64,000 bases of DNA from a virus, in the IMG/VR virus record IMGVR_UViG_3300026382_000010, positions 42,052 through 106,051 of that record. One strand, given 5' to 3'. Positions 19,169 to 29,359 of this stretch are shown in pieces. The position numbers were made by a program, and so were the translations under genes. Below the pieces are notes generated by a model. The model saw nothing but the letters and a program-made list of their open reading frames with translations, made no database searches and was not told where the DNA came from. Position 1 is the first letter of the stretch, and each line of letters opens with the position of its first letter.

Positions 19169-19915
19169 ATGTATTTTAAAGGCGAAGTTATTAGAAAAAT
19201 ATATGAAAACGGAAAACTCTTAGATGTAAGACATGAAAAGAACTTAATTGTACAAGTAGCAAATGAATTAGCATTAGTGAAGTTTACCCTTGGGCCATTA
19301 ACTCAACCTGCAAATTCTCTAGTACCTCCAACTGTTTGGGAAAAAGCAGACAACTACAGAATCATTTTATTTGGAGCAGGTACTGATAATTCTTCGCAAG
19401 TATTATTATCTTCATCAGATTCATCAAGTTCATCTACTTCAAGCGATACTACAACTGATTCAAATGCGAGTTCCACTACAACAAATACTACAAGTACAGA
19501 AACATCAAGTAGCGAAAGTACAGTTACTACCGCATCTGCATATACTTTAACAAAATTAATTTCTCCATTACCATTTAAAGCATCTGACGATACTTCAATT
19601 GATACTTCAATTTACTACAAAGATCCCGAAATGCCCGATTTAGGATATATCTACAAACGCATTGGAACTTATCAAATTGTAACAGATGATACTTTAGGAC
19701 CAGTTATAACTGAATTCCAAATAAAAGTAGAAACTGACGATATTTCTTACGATCCAACAATTGCAACGTCAATTGGTGAATGGGGATTATTTATGGCTTA
19801 TCCCGATGACATTACTGGATATCCAATTGTATTATTCTCTAGACTTATTGAGCCTGAGCCAATTCCAAAGAATGATTCAATTGCAATTGAATTAACATGG
19901 CGTGTAAGATTCTAA
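19169..19915 (+). CDS. Baseplate/fibre-attachment structural protein
   Basis: KNLIV...IGEWGLF...LFSR...IPK...LTWRVRF pattern typical of myovirus baseplate proteins; AGGAGG SD; Ser/Thr insert. Confidence 0.65.
   Translation: MYFKGEVIRKIYENGKLLDVRHEKNLIVQVANELALVKFTLGPLTQPANSLVPPTVWEKADNYRIILFGAGTDNSSQVLLSSSDSSSSSTSSDTTTDSNASSTTTNTTSTETSSSESTVTTASAYTLTKLISPLPFKASDDTSIDTSIYYKDPEMPDLGYIYKRIGTYQIVTDDTLGPVITEFQIKVETDDISYDPTIATSIGEWGLFMAYPDDITGYPIVLFSRLIEPEPIPKNDSIAIELTWRVRF
19409..19540 (+). repeat. Ser/Thr low-complexity (mucin-like) coding insert
   Basis: SSSDSSSSSTSSDTTTDSNASSTTTNTTSTETSSSESTVTTASA. Confidence 0.85.
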
Positions 19916-19971
19916 TTTGACATACAATTAGAATTTTAGTTTGAATACGTAGAAGTGGAGGCGCATATAAT

Positions 19972-21963
19972 ATGGATATGATATCCCCAGGTGTTTACGT
20001 ACGAATTACAGATTTATCAACATATTTACAAGAGATTCCAGGTACAATAGGGTTTATTCCATTTTTAAGTGAACGTGGTGAAGATAACGTAATGTTATTT
20101 GCATCAAGCATTGATTTACCTGTATACTTTGGAGAACCAAACCTCCATAAATACGGACAAGGACTATATAACGCTATCAACTATAAGAAGGCATCTACCT
20201 GGCTTTACGTAATGAGAGTATTACCAGTTCAAGAAAATATTCCTGAAGACTATGCTCACCCTGTAGTGAGCGGTGAAGTTCTTCCAGCACCTACTTTTGC
20301 TCATATGACTTTAGGTGTAGTATATCAAACTGACTCAAATGGAAATCTTGACAGAGTTGCTCCATTTGTAAGATACTTTGATCCACTTTATGGAGTACCA
20401 GAAGATCCAGATGCAACACTCGACTTAGATGAACAATTTGGATATGTTACAAAATCCATTTCTGCAACTACAATTAGAACTGACGATATCGACTTAGAAT
20501 ACAACCCACTTATTGTAAAAACTGATACAACAATTCCTGCACTTTTAACTGAAACCAACTGGGAAGAACTCAAAATCGACGCAATCTTAGATCCAAGCAA
20601 CGGATTTACTGATAAATATTTCCCTGGTTATACAGATCCATCTTCTTACTGGTATAACTTTAATCCAGCTGCAGACTCTTTCAAACCACTATTTGTAATT
20701 TACGGGGTTGGAAGAGGACCTTGGTATAACTCACTTAGAATTGGAATTATACCAGATGTAACAAATCCAGGTTATTACAAAGTTACTGTATTTAGATATG
20801 ATGATACAACAAATACACTTTCTCCAATTGAAGGTCCATTTGTAGTATCCTTCGATCCAAAAGATACAGACTACTCTGGAGAATCCATCTACATCGGTTA
20901 TGTACTTAATAAATACTCTAAATACGTAAGAATTCAAGTAAACGCTGATAATTTAAAATGGGCTGTTGAAACTCCAGATCCTAAGGATCCAAACAAGAGA
21001 ATTATTGATAGAGTATTAGAGCCATTTTATGAATACAATCCAGGATCTCCATTCCCTAACGAGAGAGTACTTATTGAACTTAGAAACGGTTCATTTGGAG
21101 CATTATACGACGAAAAAGGTAGACTTGATCAAGTTGTATTTGCAAATGCAATGAACTACGCACTTTCTGGATATTTTGATGATAGAGTTGTAGATATTTA
21201 CGATAACGACATTTCCTTAATCTTTGACGCAGGGTATCCTCTTAACATCAAACTTAAAATACTCGACTACGTTTTAACAAGAGGAGACTGTTTTGCAGTA
21301 ATTGACTTACCTAGATCTAAAGATCCTGATGAAGCAGTAACTATCAGAAATAATGAAATGGCATCCTTCAACCACTGGCAAGCAGCAATTTATGCACCAT
21401 ATTCCAAAATCTATAGTGAACATGAAGGAAAAGAATTATGGGTAGCTCCATCTTATCATATGGCTTACGTAATTCCAAGAAGTGATAAGATGGGTGAATT
21501 ATGGTTTGCTCCTGCAGGATTTAACAGAGGTACATTCCAATGTCTCGAATTACAATACGTAGTTAAAAATGCAGACTTAGATAGATGGTACCTCAATCAA
21601 ATCAACCCACTTACAAAAAGAATGGGAACTTATGTAGTTTGGGGTAACTTAACCTCTCAAAGAAAACCATCTGCATTACAAAACGTAAACATTGCAAGAC
21701 TTGTATTATATATTGCAAAATCCTTAAGAAAATTCTGTGAATACTTCATTTTTGAACAAAACGATCCAACTACATGGCAACAAATTGAAGCCGGAATTAG
21801 ATCATTCCTTGCAGAAATTCAAGCAAGACGTGGTTTAGAGCTATTCAACGTAACTGTTGGAGCTACAGAATACGAAAAGAAACAAAAAATGGCTCATGCT
21901 ACAATTTTACTTGTACCTGTAAGACCATTGGAAAAAATTCTTCTCGACTTCATTATTAAGTAA
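19972..21963 (+). CDS. Tail sheath protein (T4 gp18-like)
   Basis: SPGVYV..TDLS, APS, WFAPAGFNRG, QINPL, WGNLT, NVNIARL, FEQND..TW, P.RPLEKI motifs. Confidence 0.97.
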   Translation: MDMISPGVYVRITDLSTYLQEIPGTIGFIPFLSERGEDNVMLFASSIDLPVYFGEPNLHKYGQGLYNAINYKKASTWLYVMRVLPVQENIPEDYAHPVVSGEVLPAPTFAHMTLGVVYQTDSNGNLDRVAPFVRYFDPLYGVPEDPDATLDLDEQFGYVTKSISATTIRTDDIDLEYNPLIVKTDTTIPALLTETNWEELKIDAILDPSNGFTDKYFPGYTDPSSYWYNFNPAADSFKPLFVIYGVGRGPWYNSLRIGIIPDVTNPGYYKVTVFRYDDTTNTLSPIEGPFVVSFDPKDTDYSGESIYIGYVLNKYSKYVRIQVNADNLKWAVETPDPKDPNKRIIDRVLEPFYEYNPGSPFPNERVLIELRNGSFGALYDEKGRLDQVVFANAMNYALSGYFDDRVVDIYDNDISLIFDAGYPLNIKLKILDYVLTRGDCFAVIDLPRSKDPDEAVTIRNNEMASFNHWQAAIYAPYSKIYSEHEGKELWVAPSYHMAYVIPRSDKMGELWFAPAGFNRGTFQCLELQYVVKNADLDRWYLNQINPLTKRMGTYVVWGNLTSQRKPSALQNVNIARLVLYIAKSLRKFCEYFIFEQNDPTTWQQIEAGIRSFLAEIQARRGLELFNVTVGATEYEKKQKMAHATILLVPVRPLEKILLDFIIK

Positions 21964-21989
21964 TCCAAAAAATTGAATATTGTGAATTT

Positions 21990-22020
21990 AGCTCCCAGGG
22001 GTTAACCCCTGGGAGCTTTT
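21990..22020 (+). terminator. Intrinsic terminator (28-bp perfect palindrome plus T tract)
   Basis: AGCTCCCAGGGGTT-AACCCCTGGGAGCT followed by TTT, after the sheath stop. Confidence 0.85.
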
Positions 22021-22045
22021 ATTACTACATGTAATAGGTGCCTCG

Positions 22046-22762
22046 ATGCCAAATGTATTTAAAAATGTCCTAACTAGACAAGGTGGTGTTGATTGGTATA
22101 ATGTCAATGGAAACTATGAACCACAATATCAATTTGAACCTGCAGTAGCCGGATACTTTTTTGCATGGATTGAACATCTACCTCCTATTTCTCAAACTTT
22201 TCTATCTAACTATGATTTGGTAAATGTACAAGATCAACAAAATGCTGTTGCAACGTTAATACGCTCGGTAACGTTAGGTGATTGGACTTTAGATATTACA
22301 ACATGGGATGGATTTCTGCAAATCAAAACGCCTGGTAAAATTCAGCAAACTACTAACATTACAATTCGCTTCATTGATTCACAATACATGTCACTTACAA
22401 AATTTTTTAGAGCATGGCATCAAGCAATAAGGCCTATTAGCTATGATATATACTCAAATGCAACTCCAGGATTAGTTGAAAGTTATGGTTCCGGATACAA
22501 AGCAAAATATAAAGCGAATATGGTTTTATTCACAACTGATCCACAGGTACATACAGTTACTTTTGCAATTGCTTTAATAGGAGTATGGCCTGTAAACGTA
22601 CCTTTAGATATTTTTACAATAGATACTGGAAACGTTGAGCTATATACATTTACACAACAATTATCAGTTGATTTTATCTTTTCAGATGAAGAATTAGAAA
22701 ACAGATGTCAAAATCTACTTTCTACTTTATATGTCATGGATATCTATAAAAAAGAACAGTAA
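22046..22762 (+). CDS. Tail tube-like protein, paralog 1 (T4 gp19-like)
   Basis: EPAVAGYFF, PGK, ITIRF.D, WHQ, GVWPVNVP, LSVD; directly after the sheath. Confidence 0.8.
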   Translation: MPNVFKNVLTRQGGVDWYNVNGNYEPQYQFEPAVAGYFFAWIEHLPPISQTFLSNYDLVNVQDQQNAVATLIRSVTLGDWTLDITTWDGFLQIKTPGKIQQTTNITIRFIDSQYMSLTKFFRAWHQAIRPISYDIYSNATPGLVESYGSGYKAKYKANMVLFTTDPQVHTVTFAIALIGVWPVNVPLDIFTIDTGNVELYTFTQQLSVDFIFSDEELENRCQNLLSTLYVMDIYKKEQ

Positions 22763-22795
22763 CTCTGGATCCTGAAAAGGGAGGAATTTTGAGTC

Positions 22796-23575
22796 ATGAA
22801 ACTTTACGGTGATACAACTGCTTTAGGAGTTAGTAATTTTAATTCCTTAAACAACATTTTTAACAGGATTTTAGTAAGAGACGGATTGCAATATGAAGAT
22901 GAACCTCTTGTTTCCGGTTATTTCTTCATAACCTGGAACCTACCAAAAACTATCTTTACTGACAACCAAGACGATTCTCACGGTAAAATTACAAAAGATA
23001 TTGCAGATAACATCTTCAACGTATTTAACACAAAAATCGATATTCCACAACCAACAATTACTCAAGTTACTATTGATGGATTAGGTGGAACTTGGAACTC
23101 TGTTCCTGGAAGACTTGAAGTAGATAAAACATTTACCGTTGAGTTCTGGGAAACTTTCAACGGTAGAGTAATGTCTGTTATTAGACAGTGGTTCTTCCAA
23201 TTAAGATCCATGAGATCTGGAGCTGCAAGAGTTAAAGGTTTAAATCAACCAGCTTCTACTTCCTCTCCTTATGCTCAAGACTTATATAAAGGACAATGTT
23301 GGTGGTTTTTAACAGATCCAAATATTGACAGAATCATCTTTGCAATTGAATTTTTAGGAATCTGGCCAACAAACTTACCAATCAATATTTCTAACGATAT
23401 TGCAACAAATGACAAAGTAATGCTTTCTTTAACCTTATCTTATGATAGATTCTTCTTCTACCCAAAAACAGTAACCCATTGTACAAACAACTATCTTAAA
23501 GCAAGATACGACCAAATGCTTGCAATTGAATCTGATCAAGGGGACAAGGTTGGTGGAGGAACAACTGCATCTTAA
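22796..23575 (+). CDS. Tail tube protein, paralog 2 (probable major tube)
   Basis: EPLVSGYFF, VPGR, FTVEFWE, GIWPTNLP, LSYD; strong GGGAGG SD; all Arg codons are AGR. Confidence 0.85.
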   Translation: MKLYGDTTALGVSNFNSLNNIFNRILVRDGLQYEDEPLVSGYFFITWNLPKTIFTDNQDDSHGKITKDIADNIFNVFNTKIDIPQPTITQVTIDGLGGTWNSVPGRLEVDKTFTVEFWETFNGRVMSVIRQWFFQLRSMRSGAARVKGLNQPASTSSPYAQDLYKGQCWWFLTDPNIDRIIFAIEFLGIWPTNLPINISNDIATNDKVMLSLTLSYDRFFFYPKTVTHCTNNYLKARYDQMLAIESDQGDKVGGGTTAS

Positions 23576-23589
23576 TTTTGATACATTGT

Positions 23590-23623
23590 GTAGGCCTGGA
23601 AGCTTCCAGGCCTACCTATTTTT
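23590..23623 (+). terminator. Intrinsic terminator (26-bp perfect palindrome)
   Basis: GTAGGCCTGGAAG-CTTCCAGGCCTAC then CTATTTTT, after the tube gene. Confidence 0.8.
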
Positions 23624-23675
23624 ACTCGCTGAACTACTTTTTTAGTATAAAAACTTTTTCAATGGGGTATACTAG

Positions 23676-26549
23676 ATGAATTTTACACCATATATCGAGC
23701 AGATAAAAGAAAACATTCTGGATAACTTTGAGAAAGCTATTGGCCAAAAGATTGATAGAAGTCCTTCTTCATTTATCTCAATTCTCGCGCATATCATTGC
23801 ACTTGCTGATCAAAACGTTTTATTTTACTTGGCATACCTTTTTAATGAAACAAATCTTCTAACTGCAACAATTCCTGATAATATTCTTAGAAATGCACGA
23901 CTACTTGGATATAAACGTAAAAGAGCTGTTCCTGCATCGGGAACTGTATCGTTTTACATAAACATTGATCCTAGTCAAGATTTCGAAACCGTTATTTCTC
24001 CAAGTGAGCATTATTTTACATATGGAAATACTGTTTACTATCCAAAATACACCTACGTTATAAAGTATTATGCAGGTGATAAAAGTCTCGTTGTTTACTA
24101 TATTGATGAAAATGAAAACTGGTTTTTAGGTACTGGACAATTTCAGCATATTGATGGAAATACATATATTGTAGCAAATATTGAAGTAGTTCAAGAAGAA
24201 TTTGATAAACATGAATTTACTGTAACCGATTATGCGGAAGGAGACTTTTACCGTCTCGTATTAAGGAAACCTGATTATTATGTAACTCAGTATAAAGTAT
24301 ATGTAAACGGCCAACTTATAAATGAGGTTGAGGATATTACATATGCAAATCCAAATGAGTACTGTTATGTAGTAGAAGAACTTGATACAACATGTCTCTT
24401 TGTATTCTCAAACGGAGTATTTGGCAAAAGAGTTAAACCTGGGGACACTGTTGAAATCCATGTTTATTATACTCGAGGATCTAAAGGTAACTGTCCCGAA
24501 AATTCTCTACAACTTGCAACTACATGTACAAACTTACTTACCGGCGAAATTCACGATACTTTTTGTAAAAACTATGCATTTACAAATGGAAAAGACGAGG
24601 AAGATGTCTTTTCAGTTAAACGAAATGCATTATTATATTTTTACTCCAAAGACAGAATTATCTCAGTAAATGACTTTGAAAATATTGCAAAAATTCTTAA
24701 TTACGATGATGTAACTGCAACTTGGAATTACGCGTTAACTTTGCAAACCACTTTATATCCAGTTTTATACTACAATTTCAAACCGCTTAAAACTAATACA
24801 ATTACACTAAAAAATGTACTACAAACAGAAATTCCTCAGGGATCAATTGTATATACATTTGACAAAAAATATAATAGAGCTTCATTTATAGACTCCTCGC
24901 TCTTTACAGATACTCCTAACTACATTCAATTTAACGAATCTGGAGTAATACCGTTTGCATTACGTTACGATAGTAAGCTTAAAATCTTCAAGTATTATCG
25001 ATATTTACATGGTATTTCATTACCATGGCATTTTCTAATTTCCAAACCTTCTGAAACGGATGGAGTTTCATTAATCCAACCTTCAACTCTGGCAATCCAA
25101 TATAATCAGGGATATTATCAACATCAATTAACTTTACAATTTTTCTCATTAGATTTAAGCGAGGAAAATTATCAAGATGATCTTGAAATTCATTTAGCAC
25201 TCTATAATCAAGACACGGGTGAGTTAATTACGCAATTGGATAATTCTGACTACAATATATCTTTTGATCCAAATGGTTTTATCTACATAAACTTTACAAT
25301 TCCATCAAATCTTTTAAAGGAAAAAGTAAGATATAAATGGCAATGCTTGATTTTCTATAAGGGAGAACAACTTGTATCCGCATACATTGATAATATCCAA
25401 TATATCTACGAATTCCCATATATTTGGAGCTATGCCGATGAATATACAGTATCCTATCTACAGTTGCAATATAATATTTACAGTACCGATCCAACAATTA
25501 AACCAGATAAATGCTTTTTATTTTTCACAAACAATGAACCTGAGGAAATTTCAGTATACTCTGACATGAAATTTGATCCAGATAACTATACGCATTATCT
25601 AATTACAACCAATTATGAGTATGCACAAAAGCAATATATTGTACTTGACTCAAATTATTCCCTTGAGGAATCTAAAGAGTATTATCTATATCAGGCTGAG
25701 AATACTTATTTGTTTGATAGAAAAACCAACAAAATGATCCCTGTTGTTGAAGGGCAAGGAACTACCGTTACAATTATTGGTAATGTATATAAAGGAAACG
25801 TTGAAAGTTTTTATGCCGGTAGATTAAGAGTGCAATATCCAAAAATTGAGCTAAAAGAATACAAAGAAGTAGCTTTAGTTAAAGTTTTAAATATTGATCC
25901 TAGCATTTATATTGAAGCATTTAAAATCCCAGCTGACTTAAAAAATATTCCTAGTCAGAAGGCATATACAATTTATGGAGTACCAATTCTAGAAATTGGA
26001 GACTACTATACTCTAACTGCAACAAATAGCTTTGAAACAATTTACGCAACGTTTGATAAACTCTACTCTAACGCATATAGCAAACTACCATTTTCAACAC
26101 AATGTATCCTTAGATTTGCAAAAACCTGGGGTTACATTTCAAATATACGCTTTAACTCTTATCGCTCACCAATTATATATGATCCTCAGGTAATCGATAG
26201 TACAAATATTGAATTACCCTTAAAACTTACCGTTACGCTTTTAATTGATCGTAATTTCAAAGTTTCACTCTTGGATACTATTAAAAACGACTTGTTTGAA
26301 TTTATGAAAACTAAATCAGGTTTTGATGCATCAATATATCGCGATGAAATTAGAAGCATTCTATTGAAATATCCTGGAGTTGTAGAGGTAGTAAATATTA
26401 GTTTACCATTTGATATAGTCTATAGATATAAGCTTGATGATGTTGCAAATCAAAAAGAATATGTGCCAGAGTATATATCTATTCAAGATGTAAATGACAT
26501 TGAAATTAAACTCCAACATGTATATCGAGTAACGGAGGATTCTTGCTAA
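23676..26549 (+). CDS. Baseplate wedge subunit (T4 gp6/baseplate J-like)
   Basis: NETNLLTA...NI...A..LGY...AVPA, FSNGVFGK, TRGSKGN, GKDEE, RIISVNDF, YPGV..V. Confidence 0.9.
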   Translation: MNFTPYIEQIKENILDNFEKAIGQKIDRSPSSFISILAHIIALADQNVLFYLAYLFNETNLLTATIPDNILRNARLLGYKRKRAVPASGTVSFYINIDPSQDFETVISPSEHYFTYGNTVYYPKYTYVIKYYAGDKSLVVYYIDENENWFLGTGQFQHIDGNTYIVANIEVVQEEFDKHEFTVTDYAEGDFYRLVLRKPDYYVTQYKVYVNGQLINEVEDITYANPNEYCYVVEELDTTCLFVFSNGVFGKRVKPGDTVEIHVYYTRGSKGNCPENSLQLATTCTNLLTGEIHDTFCKNYAFTNGKDEEDVFSVKRNALLYFYSKDRIISVNDFENIAKILNYDDVTATWNYALTLQTTLYPVLYYNFKPLKTNTITLKNVLQTEIPQGSIVYTFDKKYNRASFIDSSLFTDTPNYIQFNESGVIPFALRYDSKLKIFKYYRYLHGISLPWHFLISKPSETDGVSLIQPSTLAIQYNQGYYQHQLTLQFFSLDLSEENYQDDLEIHLALYNQDTGELITQLDNSDYNISFDPNGFIYINFTIPSNLLKEKVRYKWQCLIFYKGEQLVSAYIDNIQYIYEFPYIWSYADEYTVSYLQLQYNIYSTDPTIKPDKCFLFFTNNEPEEISVYSDMKFDPDNYTHYLITTNYEYAQKQYIVLDSNYSLEESKEYYLYQAENTYLFDRKTNKMIPVVEGQGTTVTIIGNVYKGNVESFYAGRLRVQYPKIELKEYKEVALVKVLNIDPSIYIEAFKIPADLKNIPSQKAYTIYGVPILEIGDYYTLTATNSFETIYATFDKLYSNAYSKLPFSTQCILRFAKTWGYISNIRFNSYRSPIIYDPQVIDSTNIELPLKLTVTLLIDRNFKVSLLDTIKNDLFEFMKTKSGFDASIYRDEIRSILLKYPGVVEVVNISLPFDIVYRYKLDDVANQKEYVPEYISIQDVNDIEIKLQHVYRVTEDSC

Positions 26550-26550
26550 T

Positions 26551-29355
26551 ATGGTATTTGAGAAAGCTTTAAAACGCCTATTATTTCCATTTGATGAGAA
26601 ATCTTTCTTTGAAGGCGATCCTAATGAAAGCTTATTTGAGGATTATTTAAATGCTCGAATCTTAGATATGCAAAAACAATTTATCCAACAATATCTCGAT
26701 AATTACGATAGAAAATTCTCACTCACTCTCCCATTTCTCATATACCTATGGATCTTTCTACTCAATTTAAAATACATTGAGAATCTGGATGATTTCTGCT
26801 ACTTTTTATTCAGATACGTAATTCATAAAAATGATTTAGAAAATCGTATACCAACCTACTTAATCAAACAATATGCCCAGTATTTTCGTAAATTCATAAC
26901 GTCCTTCAAATTTTTACTTGCCAATGGAAACTTGTATAACGTGTATTCAAAACATAATCAGTTTTTTAAGAGAATTACATTACAAGAATTTTTCGTAGTG
27001 CTATTTAATGAGCTTTTAACCGAAGTATTAGGTAATAAATTGGATACTGACTTAATTGCATCTCATTACTGGGAATGTGTATCAAAATTTGCAGACTTTA
27101 CATCAATTTCATTTTTGGACTACATTCAAATTTTTATGATTCATTTTTTAAAGCATCAGGCAAAATTTTTGAGTTCCGTTGATTATAATGAGTTTGTCTC
27201 CTACTTTGTAGGTACAAAACAAACTTCATACTATGCATCAATAGTTAAAAAGCTACTAGATGGACAGTATGATACTGACGTTGAAAAATTCATAGATTTT
27301 GCTAATGTATATCTACAGCTACCGTTTGAAAGGAAATTTAATTTTGATATAGATGCATCTTCACTTCCTGCAATTAGCAATATCTTTTACAATGCACTGG
27401 AGTATTATAAATACTATCTTCAATTGCAGTATGATGAAAGCTTTACAATTTATCTTACCGATAAGTTGAATTTATCGATTGACTCCAACATTTATGCAAG
27501 TAAAATAAACAACGATTTTCATTTCAAATATCTCCAAAGCCATTTTACATTTAATCGCGAGTTATTCCAAAGAATAATATCTCGATACAAAGAATTACTA
27601 ACTACAAAATTCATTGAGAATCTAGCGGATTATGGTGCAAAAGCAATCGCTAGCGCATATTATAATACTTTGATGGAAATGTTTCAGAATCCACATGTTT
27701 CACAACTACTTGAAAAATACAAAATCAATGTAAAAATTTTTACGCGGAAAATAAAAGAATATCTCTACTCGATATATCGTAATAAATTTTTAGCATTACT
27801 TGCAAATTCTATTTCTCTTGATACATTTATTTCATTTTTAGAAACAGGTAATCGTCAGTTTTTACAACAGTATAAAAAGGCAATAGAACGCATTGATAAG
27901 CTTATTAACGAAATTGATATTTCGTTTTATGAATTCGATGTAATTAAGGAGCTATCAGATTTACTTTCAGGTTTCCAAAAGGTAAAATTTGAAAACGAAG
28001 CTAAATCCTATGCATACTACTTTGACTTATCACAATATAACAATACATTCATCTATAACAAAAATAATTTCTGGAAACACTATCGTTCCCAACTTGTTGC
28101 CTTCCTTAGAAAACATCTATACCAATTTATCACATACTTGGATTTTATATTTACAATGTATTACTTTTTCACTCATAACTTCAAGAATTTTGCCGAAAAT
28201 ATCACTCGTCAATTAATTAATCACATTAATTATTTTCTCGATGTATTCATCAAGCAATTTCCAAATGAATATCATGATTTTATACACATGCTATTTGAAG
28301 CAGTTCTCGACAAAACTTTCCCAATTTACGGATATCAATTTAAACTATACTTTACATGGCTTGCTTTAAGTTCATTTTTCTTTGATTTACCAACGTACAA
28401 AAACAAAAGTTTTCTCCAATTTCTTATATACGATGATTACACAAAACCTGTAAATATTCGCGATGTAATTTATGCATCTATTGCAAGGAAGATTCCAGTT
28501 GTTTGTCAATCCTTAGATGTATCGCAAATTCAGTATGTTTTCAATAAAGCTTTCCTAGTACAACTTTATATTGATGAGCTTTTGAAAAATGATAATGTCT
28601 TCTACTATACAAACAATGAGAAGTATAAGATATACCCTATGCTACGAAAAATCTTTGTAAATAAAGATGCGTATTTAAGTCAAATTGACAATCAAGTAAT
28701 TTATAGATGGCGACAAGCGGGATATTCTCTTGAGTATTTCTCATCAAGAGAATTTGCAAATCTTGAAACCGTCTATGATTTTTCAAAGTGGAAGAAAATT
28801 TTTGGAATTTTCATGCATAACATTTCGATTTTAGATTTATTCCCAGATTACACTTATCTTGATGTAATTGATAATAAATACTACTTGAAGCCAAAAATAC
28901 TTACACTTTTAGATATCATTCAAATTATAGAGTATCAAACATATCTTTCAACCCTTATCCCAGAAGCATTAATTATCTACAATCTTTCACTTACCGAGCA
29001 GATTCGAATTTTACCAAATTCATTCAAGTATTTTATAAAAGATCCAACAATTTTGTATAACGATAAGTTTTTCGCAAGTCTTCATCAAAAATGTGATAAA
29101 ACTTATCTTGCAAGTTTTATAGATGTTGAAAGTCTTAATGCATTATGCGATTCTGATTTTGAATTTTGGTATTTGTTGAGCTACATTCCCTATCACAGCT
29201 ACATCTTTGCGCGTTACCTGAATATAGACGAAATTGTTGATAAATTCTTTATTTCCACCTTAAAATACAAAATAAAGGATATGTATAAAACAAAACTAAT
29301 TCCGAATACTTTTTATGACTTTCTAATAAATGCATTTGTTAATTTAAATCCATAG
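26551..29355 (+). CDS. Hypothetical large helical protein (baseplate region)
   Basis: 934 aa, starts 1 nt after the gp6-like stop. Confidence 0.7.
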   Translation: MVFEKALKRLLFPFDEKSFFEGDPNESLFEDYLNARILDMQKQFIQQYLDNYDRKFSLTLPFLIYLWIFLLNLKYIENLDDFCYFLFRYVIHKNDLENRIPTYLIKQYAQYFRKFITSFKFLLANGNLYNVYSKHNQFFKRITLQEFFVVLFNELLTEVLGNKLDTDLIASHYWECVSKFADFTSISFLDYIQIFMIHFLKHQAKFLSSVDYNEFVSYFVGTKQTSYYASIVKKLLDGQYDTDVEKFIDFANVYLQLPFERKFNFDIDASSLPAISNIFYNALEYYKYYLQLQYDESFTIYLTDKLNLSIDSNIYASKINNDFHFKYLQSHFTFNRELFQRIISRYKELLTTKFIENLADYGAKAIASAYYNTLMEMFQNPHVSQLLEKYKINVKIFTRKIKEYLYSIYRNKFLALLANSISLDTFISFLETGNRQFLQQYKKAIERIDKLINEIDISFYEFDVIKELSDLLSGFQKVKFENEAKSYAYYFDLSQYNNTFIYNKNNFWKHYRSQLVAFLRKHLYQFITYLDFIFTMYYFFTHNFKNFAENITRQLINHINYFLDVFIKQFPNEYHDFIHMLFEAVLDKTFPIYGYQFKLYFTWLALSSFFFDLPTYKNKSFLQFLIYDDYTKPVNIRDVIYASIARKIPVVCQSLDVSQIQYVFNKAFLVQLYIDELLKNDNVFYYTNNEKYKIYPMLRKIFVNKDAYLSQIDNQVIYRWRQAGYSLEYFSSREFANLETVYDFSKWKKIFGIFMHNISILDLFPDYTYLDVIDNKYYLKPKILTLLDIIQIIEYQTYLSTLIPEALIIYNLSLTEQIRILPNSFKYFIKDPTILYNDKFFASLHQKCDKTYLASFIDVESLNALCDSDFEFWYLLSYIPYHSYIFARYLNIDEIVDKFFISTLKYKIKDMYKTKLIPNTFYDFLINAFVNLNP

Positions 29356-29359
29356 GCAG

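Noticed and set aside
19917-19946. Sigma70 promoter upstream of the sheath (TTGACA)
   Set aside because: Perfect -35 but only a poor -10 (TTGAAT at 18 bp); not enough in AT-rich DNA.
19972-26549. Bacterial contractile injection system (eCIS/T6SS/tailocin)
   Set aside because: Dispersed gene order, phage nucleotide enzymes, many ORFans and no host genes indicate a true phage.
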